50,621 bases of DNA, taken from NCBI GenBank assembly GCA_013359445.1, contig JABWBV010000001.1, positions 1 through 50,621 of the forward strand. Direction: 5' to 3'. The stretch is from Anaerolineales bacterium (GTDB lineage: Bacteria > Chloroflexota > Anaerolineae > Anaerolineales > JABWBV01). Of this stretch, positions 1 through 9,303 are shown in pieces; the first letter of the stretch is position 1; each line of letters starts with the position of its first letter. The translations under genes were made by a program, and so were the position numbers. The notes below the pieces were generated by a model that was not told the DNA's origin, searched no databases, and was given only the letters and a program-made list of their open reading frames with translations.

Positions 1-471
1 ATCCATCTCTTTTTCGGTGCCGATGATGTCAGACAAAGCCACCCCTTTCGGGTAAACCAATTCAATCGCCAGTTTGCCGATGGGGATGATCAATTCCGGG
101 TTGACCAGACGAATTTCCGCGTCCAGAAATGGACGGCACAACGCCTGTTCCGCGGGGCTGGGGACCCGGTCGCCCGTCCCCGATTTGGCGCGGCCCGGAT
201 AACATTTCGTGACCGAACTCATGTATTGGTTCGCCCGATACCAGGTTTCGTCAATCCCCGCTTTCGCCAACCATTGAAACAACCGCGTCCCGCTCCCCGC
301 GTTGAAGGGGCGGCCCGCCTCTTTTTCGGTGATGCCAGGGGCCTGTCCAATGCTCATGATCCGCGCCCCGAGCGAGCCGGAAAAAATCGGGCGGGGGAAG
401 ATGTCGTGTCCGGCGTCCAGACAGAGGCGGCAAGCATGGATACGGGCGTGGAGGGATTCTAAATTTTCCAT
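1..471 (-). CDS. uracil-DNA glycosylase superfamily protein; C-terminus runs off the left edge
   Basis: Hand translation from the ATG at 469-471: MENLESLHARIHACRLCLDAGHDIFPRPIFSG..IMSIGQAPGITEKEAGRPFNAGSGTRLFQWL..SVTKCYPG. The GQAPG, F-x-x-x-SG and CYPG pattern is typical of UDG-fold enzymes. It is absent from the ORF track because no stop lies inside the window. Confidence 0.7.
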   Translation of the reverse strand, partial: MENLESLHARIHACRLCLDAGHDIFPRPIFSGSLGARIMSIGQAPGITEKEAGRPFNAGSGTRLFQWLAKAGIDETWYRANQYMSSVTKCYPGRAKSGTGDRVPSPAEQALCRPFLDAEIRLVNPELIIPIGKLAIELVYPKGVALSDIIGTEKEMD

Positions 472-484
472 AAAGTGATGTTAT

Positions 485-544
485 GTAGCATAGCCCCTTG
501 TGGGCGTTGTCTGTGCGACAAATGCCCACAAGGGGCTATGCTAC
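485..544. repeat. perfect 21-bp inverted repeat (hairpin) between the endonuclease IV stop and the UDG start
   Basis: GTAGCATAGCCCCTTGTGGGC (485-505) pairs with GCCCACAAGGGGCTATGCTAC (524-544). The 18-nt loop is itself partly self-complementary (ttgtc..gacaa). No U-tract on either strand. Confidence 0.8.
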
Positions 545-555
545 GTCTATACCGG

Positions 556-1392
556 TTACAACGCTTCCCACCGCTGTTTTACCAACAACGCATCCTCTTC
601 CATCGCGGGGCTTTCGATGAGCATCCGACCACTACACGCAAAGGCTTTTAACGCTTTCAGGATGGCGTCGAGATCGAGATCGGATTCGGTGATCGGGAGG
701 TGTTCTTTTTCCCCTTTCGGGCCATATTCGATGCCGGAGAGGTGGATACTGAGGGTTTGGAGGGCGGTGGGGCCGAGGGCTGTTCCGTACGCGTCCAACA
801 TCCGCGCCCACTCGTCGTAGGTGTTCATGCTCCCGTCGCCGGGGCGAGCGTGCAGGTGGGCAAAATCGATGCAGGGTTGGACGCCTTCAATCGCTTTGCT
901 CATCTCGAACGTGTCTTCCGCCGACCCCAACATGGCGGACTTGCCCATCATCTCCGGGCGGAGGAGGACGGGGTTGCCCGCCGCGCGCAGGGTTTGCACG
1001 CACTCCGCGAGGCGGGGAATGGCGACTTTCAGCACCTCGGCGGGGGGACGTTCAAAGTACGAGCCGGGGTGGAAGATGATGTCGGTGGCCCCCGCGAGGT
1101 TGCCGTAGTGGGCGGCGTCCATCAAACGTTGGCGGGACTTGGGCCATTCTTCGTCATCGCCGTTCAGGTTGATGAAGTAGGGGGCATGGACACTGAGGGC
1201 CACATCCTGCTCGGCGGCGGTGGCTTTGATCGCCGCGCAGGTCTCTTCGGTCACGCGGACGGCGCGCACCCAGCCGAGTTCGAGGGCAGAGAGGCCCAGC
1301 GTGCGGAGGTGCAGGACAGAGCCAACACTGCCGCCGGGTTTTTTGGGCGTGGAAATAGGGGAACCAACAGTTCCAAAGCGGAAGGAGGACAT
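556..1392 (-). CDS. nfo: endonuclease IV-like AP endonuclease (xylose isomerase-like TIM barrel)
   Basis: SVHAPYFINL, IDFAHLHA and SIHLSGIEYGPKGEKEHL match the metal-ligand blocks of Endo IV family 2. ATG at 1392 (MSSFRFGTVG) is preceded by GGAG. The longer ORF from 1482 overlaps the upstream gene. Confidence 0.65.
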   Translation of the reverse strand: MSSFRFGTVGSPISTPKKPGGSVGSVLHLRTLGLSALELGWVRAVRVTEETCAAIKATAAEQDVALSVHAPYFINLNGDDEEWPKSRQRLMDAAHYGNLAGATDIIFHPGSYFERPPAEVLKVAIPRLAECVQTLRAAGNPVLLRPEMMGKSAMLGSAEDTFEMSKAIEGVQPCIDFAHLHARPGDGSMNTYDEWARMLDAYGTALGPTALQTLSIHLSGIEYGPKGEKEHLPITESDLDLDAILKALKAFACSGRMLIESPAMEEDALLVKQRWEAL

Positions 1393-1426
1393 GGGGACTC
1401 CAAAAGGTGATGAAGAGTGCCCGAGT

Positions 1427-1900
1427 TTAGGCCTCGGACAATTCTTTAAGTTTTTCGGGCGGGAGAGAGTAGATGGCCCCAAATCCTGCCACGAAGCGGC
1501 ATTGATGAAACGCTAGCGCGTAGAGATTAAAATCCGACATGGGAAAAATGTTGGCACTGGCGGGAAATTTTGTGAGGTAGAGGACTTTGGCGGTTTCGTA
1601 TTCGGGTTCGCCTTTGGGAAGTTTTTGCACGGTGCCTTGTAGGCTGACACGGGCCAGTTGAAGCGGGTCGGATTTTGGATCGTCGGGCAGGTGGATGAGC
1701 AGGCTGTAGGGGGCGCCGTCTGTCAGGCCAGCCGTATGTTTTGCCAGGTTGGAAGCCTGGAGTATGGCCGCGCTGAAATCGGGCAGAATGGCAAAGGTTA
1801 ACAATCCCGTGAACGGCTTTTCGTCTACCAGGATAGCCAGGGTGGCGACACGTTGTTTGGTCAGTAAAAACTTAAGGATCAGGGTGTCCTGTTCGGTCAT
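1427..1900 (-). CDS. PNPOx-like FMN-binding split-barrel protein (HugZ/DUF2470-like)
   Basis: 157-aa ORF; general resemblance to pyridoxamine 5'-phosphate oxidase-related proteins. Tightly packed between dgkA and nfo. Confidence 0.45.
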   Translation of the reverse strand: MTEQDTLILKFLLTKQRVATLAILVDEKPFTGLLTFAILPDFSAAILQASNLAKHTAGLTDGAPYSLLIHLPDDPKSDPLQLARVSLQGTVQKLPKGEPEYETAKVLYLTKFPASANIFPMSDFNLYALAFHQCRFVAGFGAIYSLPPEKLKELSEA

Positions 1901-1901
1901 G

Positions 1902-2285
1902 TTATTTTACCCAGGGGCTGATCCAAACCCACAGCGGCGGGCCGAGGATCAATAGGCCGATAATGATCGAGGTGGCGGCGGCAATCAGCACCGCGGCGGC
2001 CCCGACATCTTTGCCAATTTTGGCGAGTTCGTGTTGTTGGGGGCTGGCCAGGTCTACGACCGCTTCCAGCGCGGTGTTGAGGAATTCGGCAATCCAGACG
2101 AGGGCAATGGCGATCATGATCACGGCCCAATCGTGGACGGAAAGATGCAAAAAAAAGGAAAGCCCCAGCACAACGAGGCTAATCACCGCGTGAATCCAGG
2201 CGTTGCGTTGGGTGCGAATGACATGCCACCAACCTTCAAAGGCATAACGGAAGGCGGCGAGGCGGGAGCGAAGGAATGCGAGCAT
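1902..2285 (-). CDS. dgkA: diacylglycerol/undecaprenol kinase
   Basis: 127 aa, 3 TM segments, EFLNTALEAVVD motif. Sits in the classical pgpH-ybeY-dgkA order. Confidence 0.85.
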   Translation of the reverse strand: MLAFLRSRLAAFRYAFEGWWHVIRTQRNAWIHAVISLVVLGLSFFLHLSVHDWAVIMIAIALVWIAEFLNTALEAVVDLASPQQHELAKIGKDVGAAAVLIAAATSIIIGLLILGPPLWVWISPWVK

Positions 2286-2295
2286 GGGGAAGAGT

Positions 2296-2332
2296 CAATT
2301 GTGAATGATCGATTTTTAATGGTGAATGGTCA
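2296..2332. repeat. AT-rich intercistronic spacer repeat, copy 1 (copy 2 at 25951-25990)
   Basis: caattgtgaatgatcgatttttaatggtgaatggtca versus aattgtgaatggtgaatagtcaatttttaatggtcaatcc. In both copies the stop TGA of the upstream minus-strand gene lies in ..aatggTCA and the next gene's ATG abuts the other end. Confidence 0.7.
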
Positions 2333-2779
2333 GGCTACTGTCAGCGAGGCGCCGAGGGATTGGAGAATTTCGCTTTGGGCGGTCCACATGAGGGCTTTTT
2401 CTTCCTCGTCATAGTGATCGTGGCCGAGGAGGTGCAGAGTGCCGTGAACGGTGAGCAGTTGGAGTTCAGCAGTGATGGGGTGGCCGCCCTGTTGGGCCTG
2501 GGCTTCCGCGCGGGGGTAGGAGATCAAGATGTCGCCCAGGTAGGTTTCGCCCGTTTCGGGGTCGGGTTCGCCGGAGGGGAAGGAGAGGACGTCGGTGGGG
2601 GCGTCCACCTCCATGAAGCGCAGGTTGAGGTCGTGCAGGGTTTCATCGTCGGTGAGGACGATGGTGAGGGTGCTGTCCGAGGGGGCGGTCTGGTGGGTCA
2701 AGGCGGCCCGCGCGGCTTGTTCGAGCAGGGTTGTGGGGATCAGGGGTTGGTAGGCTTCGTCGATTTGGAGGTGAATCAT
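2330..2779 (-). CDS. ybeY: rRNA maturation endoribonuclease YbeY
   Basis: HGTLHLLGHDH zinc motif and DVLSFP block; 149 aa. Confidence 0.9.
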   Translation of the reverse strand: MIHLQIDEAYQPLIPTTLLEQAARAALTHQTAPSDSTLTIVLTDDETLHDLNLRFMEVDAPTDVLSFPSGEPDPETGETYLGDILISYPRAEAQAQQGGHPITAELQLLTVHGTLHLLGHDHYDEEEKALMWTAQSEILQSLGASLTVA

Positions 2780-2796
2780 GGTGTGCGAGGGGGGAA

Positions 2797-5103
2797 TTAT
2801 GGGTTTTTGACGTGCGGGGTGGGTTCGGAGAGCGGCACGTTGCGAGGCGGGGTTTTCGGCGAGCGTTTGGGTTGGGTGGGTGGAAGGGGCGCGTCTGGCT
2901 CTGGCGAGGGGGGAACGGGACGGGCGGCGTCGGGAAAGGTTTCGGACTCGTCGGTGCTGAGGGCGCGTTCTTCGAGTTTGGGGTATTCGATGCGCGGGTG
3001 GTAGATGCCGCGCAGGGTGTTGGTGAAGGAATCTTGCACGATGTGCAGGTCGCGCATGGTGAGGGAGGTTTCGTCAAACTGGCCAGAGGCGAGCCGTTTT
3101 TCGATGACATCTTTGATAATCGCACGAATTTCAACTTCCGTGTGGGGGCGTTCGGCACGGGCACGGGCTTCGCACCCGTCGGCAATCATGACAAGGGCGG
3201 TCTCACGCGAGCGGGGGCGCGGGCCAGGATAACGAAAATCATCGAGGGAAACTTTGGAGGCATCGCCCCCGGCGGCCTGGATGGCTTTGGCATATTGAAA
3301 GCGGGTGGCGGTCGTGCCGTGATGCTCGGCAATAAAGTCGATAATGCGATCGGGGAGGTGATGCTTGTGGGCCAGGTCCAGCCCATCGGTGACGTGGCGA
3401 ATGATGATGGCGGAGCTTTCGTAGGGGTCAATGTTCTCGTGAGGGTTGCCCGCGCCTGGAATTTGATTTTCGATAAAATATTGCGGCGCGAGCGCTTTCC
3501 CCGCATCGTGATAGAGCGCGCCGATCCGGGTGAGCAGGGCATCGGCCCCGATTTGTTCGGCGGCTTGCTCGGCCAAATTGGCAACTTGCAAACTGTGCTG
3601 GTAGGTGCCCGGGGCGGTGAGCAAAATGAATTTTAGCAGGGGATGGTCGGGCCGGGAAAGCTCCGTCAGTTGGATGATGGTCACTTTTCCCAACAGAGGG
3701 GCCGAAGTGAACAAAAGCAAAAGCGCAATGATCCCGGAGGCGACCCCGTTGACCAGGGAGGCGACGACATAAATCGCGAGGGTGTTCCAATCGGTAAACG
3801 GATCGAGTAGCCGAAACGTGAGCAAAGCCCCCGCGCCGATCACGCCCGCCCAGGCCCCCGCCCATACATAGGACACCACGCGCCGGGCACGATCCAGCAC
3901 CAACACGCCAAACACGCCGCTCAGGAAGAAGTAAATGGTCACTTCGAGCGCGGCGGGCATCCCATAGCCCATCAAAAAGCTGAGGGGGAGCATAAAAAAC
4001 ATGCCGGGTTGCGGGCCAAACAGAGCACCGATCAACAACCCAAACCCCGTGAGCGGGAAAATGTACGGGAGGGCATGGGCCTGGAGGATGATCACCCGGC
4101 CCAAATACAGAAAAACGAGGAAAAAGAAACTCGTGTAGAGAATTTGTTTAAAATTCCCCGAAAAGGCCGGGCGGCGGTACAGGAATAACAAAATGAAAGT
4201 CATCGAAAGGATGACCACCCCCCCCGCGTTGAGGTAACTGAGCGGATCATCGCCCCCTACCAGCAGGCCCAATTCTTGCAGGGCTTCGATATCCGCTTCG
4301 CTCAGAACTTTTCCGCTCCGCACCACGGTTTCCCCCTCCACAAAGGTTCGCACGACCGGAAAAACGGCGTCACGCGCTTGCTGGCGGCGTTCCTCGGTCA
4401 ATTCTTCGCTGTAAAAGCTGTTAGGGACCACATACAGGCTGACCAACCCGGTAACGGTGGGGACTTGCTCTTCGGGCAGGGCAAAACTGACCAGCGAAGG
4501 GATGCTCCGACGCGCCTCCTCGACCTGCCCATCCCGGATGGTGGAGCGCATCACTTGTTGCAAAACGAGCACCGCCTCGGTCATCACCGCTTGCCATTGT
4601 TCATCGGTCAACAGGAGAATTTCTTCAGCCAGGGGGCGGTCAAAGGCGGCGTCGAGCACGGCCAGGTCTTCGAGTTTTTGTTCGTAAGAGGCAAAACTAT
4701 CGGCGCGGGTGGTGCTGATAAAGGTGACAGCGGCCCGAAGCGCGTCCACCTGTTGTCGGGCAATGCCAGGGTCTGTGGGGGTATAGGCCAGGGAAGCCCC
4801 ACGGGCCGCGGCCTCACGGGCTTCGGCGGTGAGCAATTCACTTTCAAATTCGACAAATTTCGGGGCTACCAAATCAACCGGAGCCACCGTGCCAAGGTGC
4901 AAATCCAGACTCCCCGTATCAAGCGGGTAAATGTACACCAGCGCCACCCAAATTAACCCACTCATCGCCAGCGTAAACAGCGAGAGCCAAAAAATACGCC
5001 AGCGCGAATGGGCCAAAACAGGCGGAGAGGAATAAAGAAAATCAGGATTAGAAGACACGAGACAACTCAGTACTCCGTAAAGTAAGTTTTCGCAAGTTTG
5101 CAC
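2797..5103 (-). CDS. pgpH: 7TM-HD membrane phosphohydrolase (PgpH/YqfF-type, c-di-AMP phosphodiesterase family)
   Basis: Extracellular N-domain, about 7 TM helices, then an HD domain (HDAGK .. HHGT). Proline-rich C-terminal tail. The start is a GTG at 5103; an alternative GTG lies at 5058. Confidence 0.8.
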   Translation of the reverse strand: MQTCENLLYGVLSCLVSSNPDFLYSSPPVLAHSRWRIFWLSLFTLAMSGLIWVALVYIYPLDTGSLDLHLGTVAPVDLVAPKFVEFESELLTAEAREAAARGASLAYTPTDPGIARQQVDALRAAVTFISTTRADSFASYEQKLEDLAVLDAAFDRPLAEEILLLTDEQWQAVMTEAVLVLQQVMRSTIRDGQVEEARRSIPSLVSFALPEEQVPTVTGLVSLYVVPNSFYSEELTEERRQQARDAVFPVVRTFVEGETVVRSGKVLSEADIEALQELGLLVGGDDPLSYLNAGGVVILSMTFILLFLYRRPAFSGNFKQILYTSFFFLVFLYLGRVIILQAHALPYIFPLTGFGLLIGALFGPQPGMFFMLPLSFLMGYGMPAALEVTIYFFLSGVFGVLVLDRARRVVSYVWAGAWAGVIGAGALLTFRLLDPFTDWNTLAIYVVASLVNGVASGIIALLLLFTSAPLLGKVTIIQLTELSRPDHPLLKFILLTAPGTYQHSLQVANLAEQAAEQIGADALLTRIGALYHDAGKALAPQYFIENQIPGAGNPHENIDPYESSAIIIRHVTDGLDLAHKHHLPDRIIDFIAEHHGTTATRFQYAKAIQAAGGDASKVSLDDFRYPGPRPRSRETALVMIADGCEARARAERPHTEVEIRAIIKDVIEKRLASGQFDETSLTMRDLHIVQDSFTNTLRGIYHPRIEYPKLEERALSTDESETFPDAARPVPPSPEPDAPLPPTQPKRSPKTPPRNVPLSEPTPHVKNP

Positions 5104-5223
5104 ACGAAGAAAACTTCAAAAGACTTCCTCAACAAACCACTCAGTGGAGAGATAACTTCCTTTACAGAGCACTCAACACAAATTCACAGAAACCACACGC
5201 AGACAATTCGCCGCCCCCATGTT

Positions 5224-5685
5224 TTAGGAGGCCGAACCGGCCCCTTGCAACATCTGTTTAACGAGATCACTCACCACCTTGCCATCCGCACGTCCTTTCG
5301 TGCGCGGGGTGAGAAGCCCCATCACCTTCCCCATCTCGCGCGGGGAGGTAGCTCCGGCTTCAGCGACGGCCTCACGCACCAATTGTTCGAGTTCCGCGGA
5401 GGTCAGCGCCTGGGGCAAAAACTCCTGCAAAATCGCGATTTCCGCGTGGGCACCTGCTTCCAGATCAGGGCGGTTGGCTTTGCGCGCATCTTCAATCGCT
5501 TCGTGGCGCGACTTAACTTCCTTTTGGACAAGGCCCAGCACCGTCGCTTCATCGAGCGGCCCACCTTTTTGGACTTCAGCCAGTTTGATGGCCGAGAGCG
5601 CCATCCGCAAAGTAGTTTTGCGGAGTTCATCCCCGGCACGCATGGCGTCTTTAATAGCATTATTGATTTGTTCTTTGAGGGTCAT
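5224..5685 (-). CDS. yqeY: GatB/YqeY domain protein
   Basis: MTLKEQINNAIKDAMRAGDELRKTTLRM..LQEFLPQ..EMGKVMG is the typical YqeY pattern. ATG at 5685 avoids overlap with the Nudix gene ending at 5693. Confidence 0.85.
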   Translation of the reverse strand: MTLKEQINNAIKDAMRAGDELRKTTLRMALSAIKLAEVQKGGPLDEATVLGLVQKEVKSRHEAIEDARKANRPDLEAGAHAEIAILQEFLPQALTSAELEQLVREAVAEAGATSPREMGKVMGLLTPRTKGRADGKVVSDLVKQMLQGAGSAS

Positions 5686-5692
5686 GCGGTGA

Positions 5693-6244
5693 TTATACCG
5701 CGTTAGCCGCCGCCCCGACTTCCGTCTCCTCCACGAGCCTGGCCGCTTGAATCGCCTCCCGATAAAACGCCCGCCGGACCTCCCGCGGCTGTTGCCGAAG
5801 TGCGGCAATCTCCCGCAGACTCACCTCCCGATCCACTTCCACCTTCTGCATCATCGCCACCCCACCCCCAACCCCGCGGATCGCGTCCTCGATCCGTTGC
5901 GCGTGCCCCAGCGATAAATCCTCCGGGATGTCGTCAAATGCAAAAAACCGCACATCAATCGTCTCGCCGGGTTGCGTTTTAATCTCACCCCCGATCACCC
6001 GCGCCGCAAACAACACCGCGTGAACATCCGGCAAACCACCCAACCGGGAATACACCCCCACCAACCGGGTCAATTCCACCTCCAACCCGGTTTCCTCCTT
6101 CGTCTCCCGAAGCGCGGCCTGCGCGGCGGACTCCCCCTCCTCCACGCCCCCACTCGGCAGGCACCACACTTCAAAATCATCCCGTTGGGTCAGCAAAATT
6201 TGATTTTCATGAATCACCGCGACATTAACCGCAAAACCAGCCAT
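5693..6244 (-). CDS. NUDIX hydrolase
   Basis: Nudix box GGVEEGESAAQAALRETKEETGLEV. Confidence 0.85.
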   Translation of the reverse strand: MAGFAVNVAVIHENQILLTQRDDFEVWCLPSGGVEEGESAAQAALRETKEETGLEVELTRLVGVYSRLGGLPDVHAVLFAARVIGGEIKTQPGETIDVRFFAFDDIPEDLSLGHAQRIEDAIRGVGGGVAMMQKVEVDREVSLREIAALRQQPREVRRAFYREAIQAARLVEETEVGAAANAV

Positions 6245-7252
6245 TTATTTGTCCTCCCCTGGCACAGCAGGCGGCACCAACAGGTAGCTTAAAAACAATC
6301 CCACAACACCCGCCAGCACAATCCCTCCACCCCAAGTGTGAATGCGCCAATGCAGGTCCCCCGCCCAAAACAGCGTCAGAAAATACGCCCCAAACAGGCT
6401 CACCGGAACCCAAAAGGCAAACCAACGCACCCTAACCGGGGTCTTTACCTCCGGGCGCAGGAACGCATACAGCCCATCGGCCAGCACCCCCGCCGCAAAC
6501 CACGCCAGGATCAACGGGTATTGGTCTTGCAATACACTCATAAACGCCGCGTTCAACGTAAACAGCACGGTCAAACTGCCGGGCTTGAGCGTCCAACGGC
6601 GCATCGCCAACAGCACAAACCCCATCGTCAACGCCGTCGTAAGCATAATCGCCGTCACCATCTCCGTCCCGTTGAAATAAAAATCCACAATCGGATTTGC
6701 ATAACTGGTAATAAACGTCACCCCGGTCAGGGTCAGGGAAAGCGACAGGATGGCCGAAAACGGGGCATGGGTTCCGCGGCGAGACCACGCGGCGCGCAAT
6801 GGCCCGCTCATCGTCAAAAACATCCCCGCGGCCAGCAGTAAATGGCTGGGGCTGAGGAGCGCTTCGGTATCTTGTTCGATCCCAAACGCGATATGCCAAA
6901 ACATATCCGCAACCCCACCCCCAGCAAACACCACCGTCCCCAACAGAGTCAAGTCATACCCCGTAGGGAGCATCGCCCGCCCGAGATAACCACGCGCCCG
7001 GTTCACGACCATCGTCCCGATCAAAACCCCCGCACACAACCCAAAACTGCCATAAAACATCGCATGCCAGCGCGTGAAGAAAGAATCATCCACCTTCCCG
7101 TGAAAATGCGCCCACCCATCCACAAACAACCCGCCCAAAAAGAGAAGTTGCAAAACCACCTGCGCCCAATCATACCCCGCCCCTTGCAAGGCCGGCTTTT
7201 TTTCCGTTCGAGAAATCGTAAAAGAAGAAGTTGTTGCCATAGACCTAACCAT
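6245..7252 (-). CDS. polytopic integral membrane protein, unknown function
   Basis: 335 aa with about 9 hydrophobic segments. Abuts the Nudix start with no gap. No recognisable catalytic motif. Confidence 0.55.
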   Translation of the reverse strand: MVRSMATTSSFTISRTEKKPALQGAGYDWAQVVLQLLFLGGLFVDGWAHFHGKVDDSFFTRWHAMFYGSFGLCAGVLIGTMVVNRARGYLGRAMLPTGYDLTLLGTVVFAGGGVADMFWHIAFGIEQDTEALLSPSHLLLAAGMFLTMSGPLRAAWSRRGTHAPFSAILSLSLTLTGVTFITSYANPIVDFYFNGTEMVTAIMLTTALTMGFVLLAMRRWTLKPGSLTVLFTLNAAFMSVLQDQYPLILAWFAAGVLADGLYAFLRPEVKTPVRVRWFAFWVPVSLFGAYFLTLFWAGDLHWRIHTWGGGIVLAGVVGLFLSYLLVPPAVPGEDK

Positions 7253-7304
7253 GTTTCGTATTTCGTATGGCGTACTTTTACAAAATACGCCATACCCATC
7301 ACCT

Positions 7305-9293
7305 TTATATCATCTTCTTGACCGCGTCCACAATATCTCCTACCCCTGGCAGAGTCGCCTCCTCCAACGCTCGCGCCGCGGGGATCGGTTCCTCGCGGGC
7401 GGCCACGCGGCGCGCGACCTTCAACCCCGGCCCCAACGCCTCCGCCGCCCGTGCCACAATCTCCGCGCCCCACCCCAAAGTAAACGTCCCCTCCTCCACC
7501 GCTAACAACCGCCCCGTCCGCCGCACCGACGCCAGCACTGGCTCCATCTCAAACGGCGAAAGCTGAGTCGGCACCACCAGTTCGGCAAAGATTTCTTCAT
7601 CGTAAGCGAGTTTCAACATCGCCTGCCGCGCCAGCTCCGCCATGTACCCATAAGCGGCAATCGTGACCGAGGCCGGTGGCGCATCACGCAATCTCAACTG
7701 ATAAGCAGGATACTCCCCCTCCTCCCCCTCTCCCCGCGGGAGAGGGGGTCGGGGGGTGAGGGAGAAATCGGGCAAACTGTCGGGCGTGTGTAATTTCGCC
7801 AGATACAACAACTTATTTTCCACAAACAGCACCGGATCGGGGTCGTGCAAAATGGCGTGTTCGAGCAACGCGCCAGGATCGCCCAACGCGGTCGGGGCGA
7901 GCACCCGCAAACCGGGCGCGCCGAGAAAATGCTTCTCCAACGTCTGACTGTGGGTGGCCCCGTACCCGCGCCGCCCCCCCATCGGCGTCCGCACCACGAG
8001 CGGGACGCGCACCTGATCGTTGTACATCCCCCGGAACTTCGCCGCATGATTGATCAGTTGATCGGCAATCAGCGTGGTGAAGTCCCCGAACATGATCTCG
8101 ACCACAGGCAACAACCCCCGCAACGCCATCCCCGTCGCCACCCCGACGATCCCCGCCTCCGCAATCGGGCTGGTGTGGACACGCTCAGGGAATTGGGTGG
8201 ACAACCCCCGCGTGACCTTGAACGCGCCGCCGTAAGGGTCGAGGATGTCTTCGCCAATGAGGTGGACGCGAGGATCGGCGGCGAAGGTGCGGTGGAGGGC
8301 AGAGTTGAGGGAGTCAAGCACGGTGGCAGTTTTGGCAGGCGTGATTGAATATTGGATATTTCGGATTGAACTTTGAAGGTCAACCGACGGAGTCGGATCG
8401 TTCACTGCCTGCTCAAACAACGCCTGAACTTCATCATCGACGGCTTTTTCGATTTCAAGGCGCGCGGAGAAATCCAGGCGACTCTCCAATATCCTCACCG
8501 GATCGCGCATCTCCCGCATCCGGGCCACTTCGTCTTCCGGGCGGGTATCGTCGCCTTTGGAGTGGGGGGCGAAGCGGCAAGTGTGAAGAATGAGGCCCCG
8601 AGGGGTTTGCGTGGTGCGGATTTCGTGCAGGAGGGTGCGCGCGGCGGGGAGAATTTCGGTCACGTCGCTGGTGTCAAGTTCGCAAGCGGGGATGCCGAAT
8701 GCGGTAAAGCGCGCGGGAATGTCCCCCGCGAGGGCGCGGTCAATGGGGGTGGTTTGGGCGATGCGGTTGTTTTCCACCACGAACAGGATCGGCGCGCCCC
8801 ACAGGGAGGCCATGTTCAGCGATTCGTACACCGTGCCCTCCCCCAGCGCCCCGTCGCCGATGAAAACGATGGCGACTGCGCCCGTGCCTTTGATCTTTTC
8901 CGCGAGCGCCATCCCCGTCGCAATCGGGACCGTGCCCCCCAAAATGCCGTTGGAGTAAAAATTTTGCCAGTGAAGATGTTGGGAGCCGCCGCGCCCGCCG
9001 CAGACGCCCGTCACCTTCCCCATCAATTCGGCGAAGAGCGCGCGCATATCGCCCCCGTAGGCGAGAAAATGCCCGTGACAACGGTGATTGCTGAAAACGA
9101 TGTCGCTGGGTTGGAGGGGGGTCAGCACCCCGACCGCGTTGGCCTCCTGCCCGAGGTAAGTGTGGGTGGTGCCGTAAAACAGGCCGCGCGGGAAGTTGTC
9201 GAGGACGGTTTCTTCAAACCGGCGGAGGCGGTAGAGCGAACGGTAGAGATCAGGAAGGGAGAAAAAAGAAGCGGGGATTTCGGATTGGGTCAC
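7305..9293 (-). CDS. thiamine-diphosphate-dependent 2-oxoacid dehydrogenase E1 component, fused alpha+beta subunits
   Basis: Alpha part carries the TPP motif GDGALGEGTVYESLNMASLW; the beta part follows (IGEDILDPYGGAFKVT..). GTG at 9293 (VTQSEIP..) lies 10 nt after the DMT gene stop. The longer ORF from 9443 overlaps that gene. Confidence 0.8.
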   Translation of the reverse strand: MTQSEIPASFFSLPDLYRSLYRLRRFEETVLDNFPRGLFYGTTHTYLGQEANAVGVLTPLQPSDIVFSNHRCHGHFLAYGGDMRALFAELMGKVTGVCGGRGGSQHLHWQNFYSNGILGGTVPIATGMALAEKIKGTGAVAIVFIGDGALGEGTVYESLNMASLWGAPILFVVENNRIAQTTPIDRALAGDIPARFTAFGIPACELDTSDVTEILPAARTLLHEIRTTQTPRGLILHTCRFAPHSKGDDTRPEDEVARMREMRDPVRILESRLDFSARLEIEKAVDDEVQALFEQAVNDPTPSVDLQSSIRNIQYSITPAKTATVLDSLNSALHRTFAADPRVHLIGEDILDPYGGAFKVTRGLSTQFPERVHTSPIAEAGIVGVATGMALRGLLPVVEIMFGDFTTLIADQLINHAAKFRGMYNDQVRVPLVVRTPMGGRRGYGATHSQTLEKHFLGAPGLRVLAPTALGDPGALLEHAILHDPDPVLFVENKLLYLAKLHTPDSLPDFSLTPRPPLPRGEGEEGEYPAYQLRLRDAPPASVTIAAYGYMAELARQAMLKLAYDEEIFAELVVPTQLSPFEMEPVLASVRRTGRLLAVEEGTFTLGWGAEIVARAAEALGPGLKVARRVAAREEPIPAARALEEATLPGVGDIVDAVKKMI

Positions 9294-9303
9294 GGGGCGG
9301 ATT

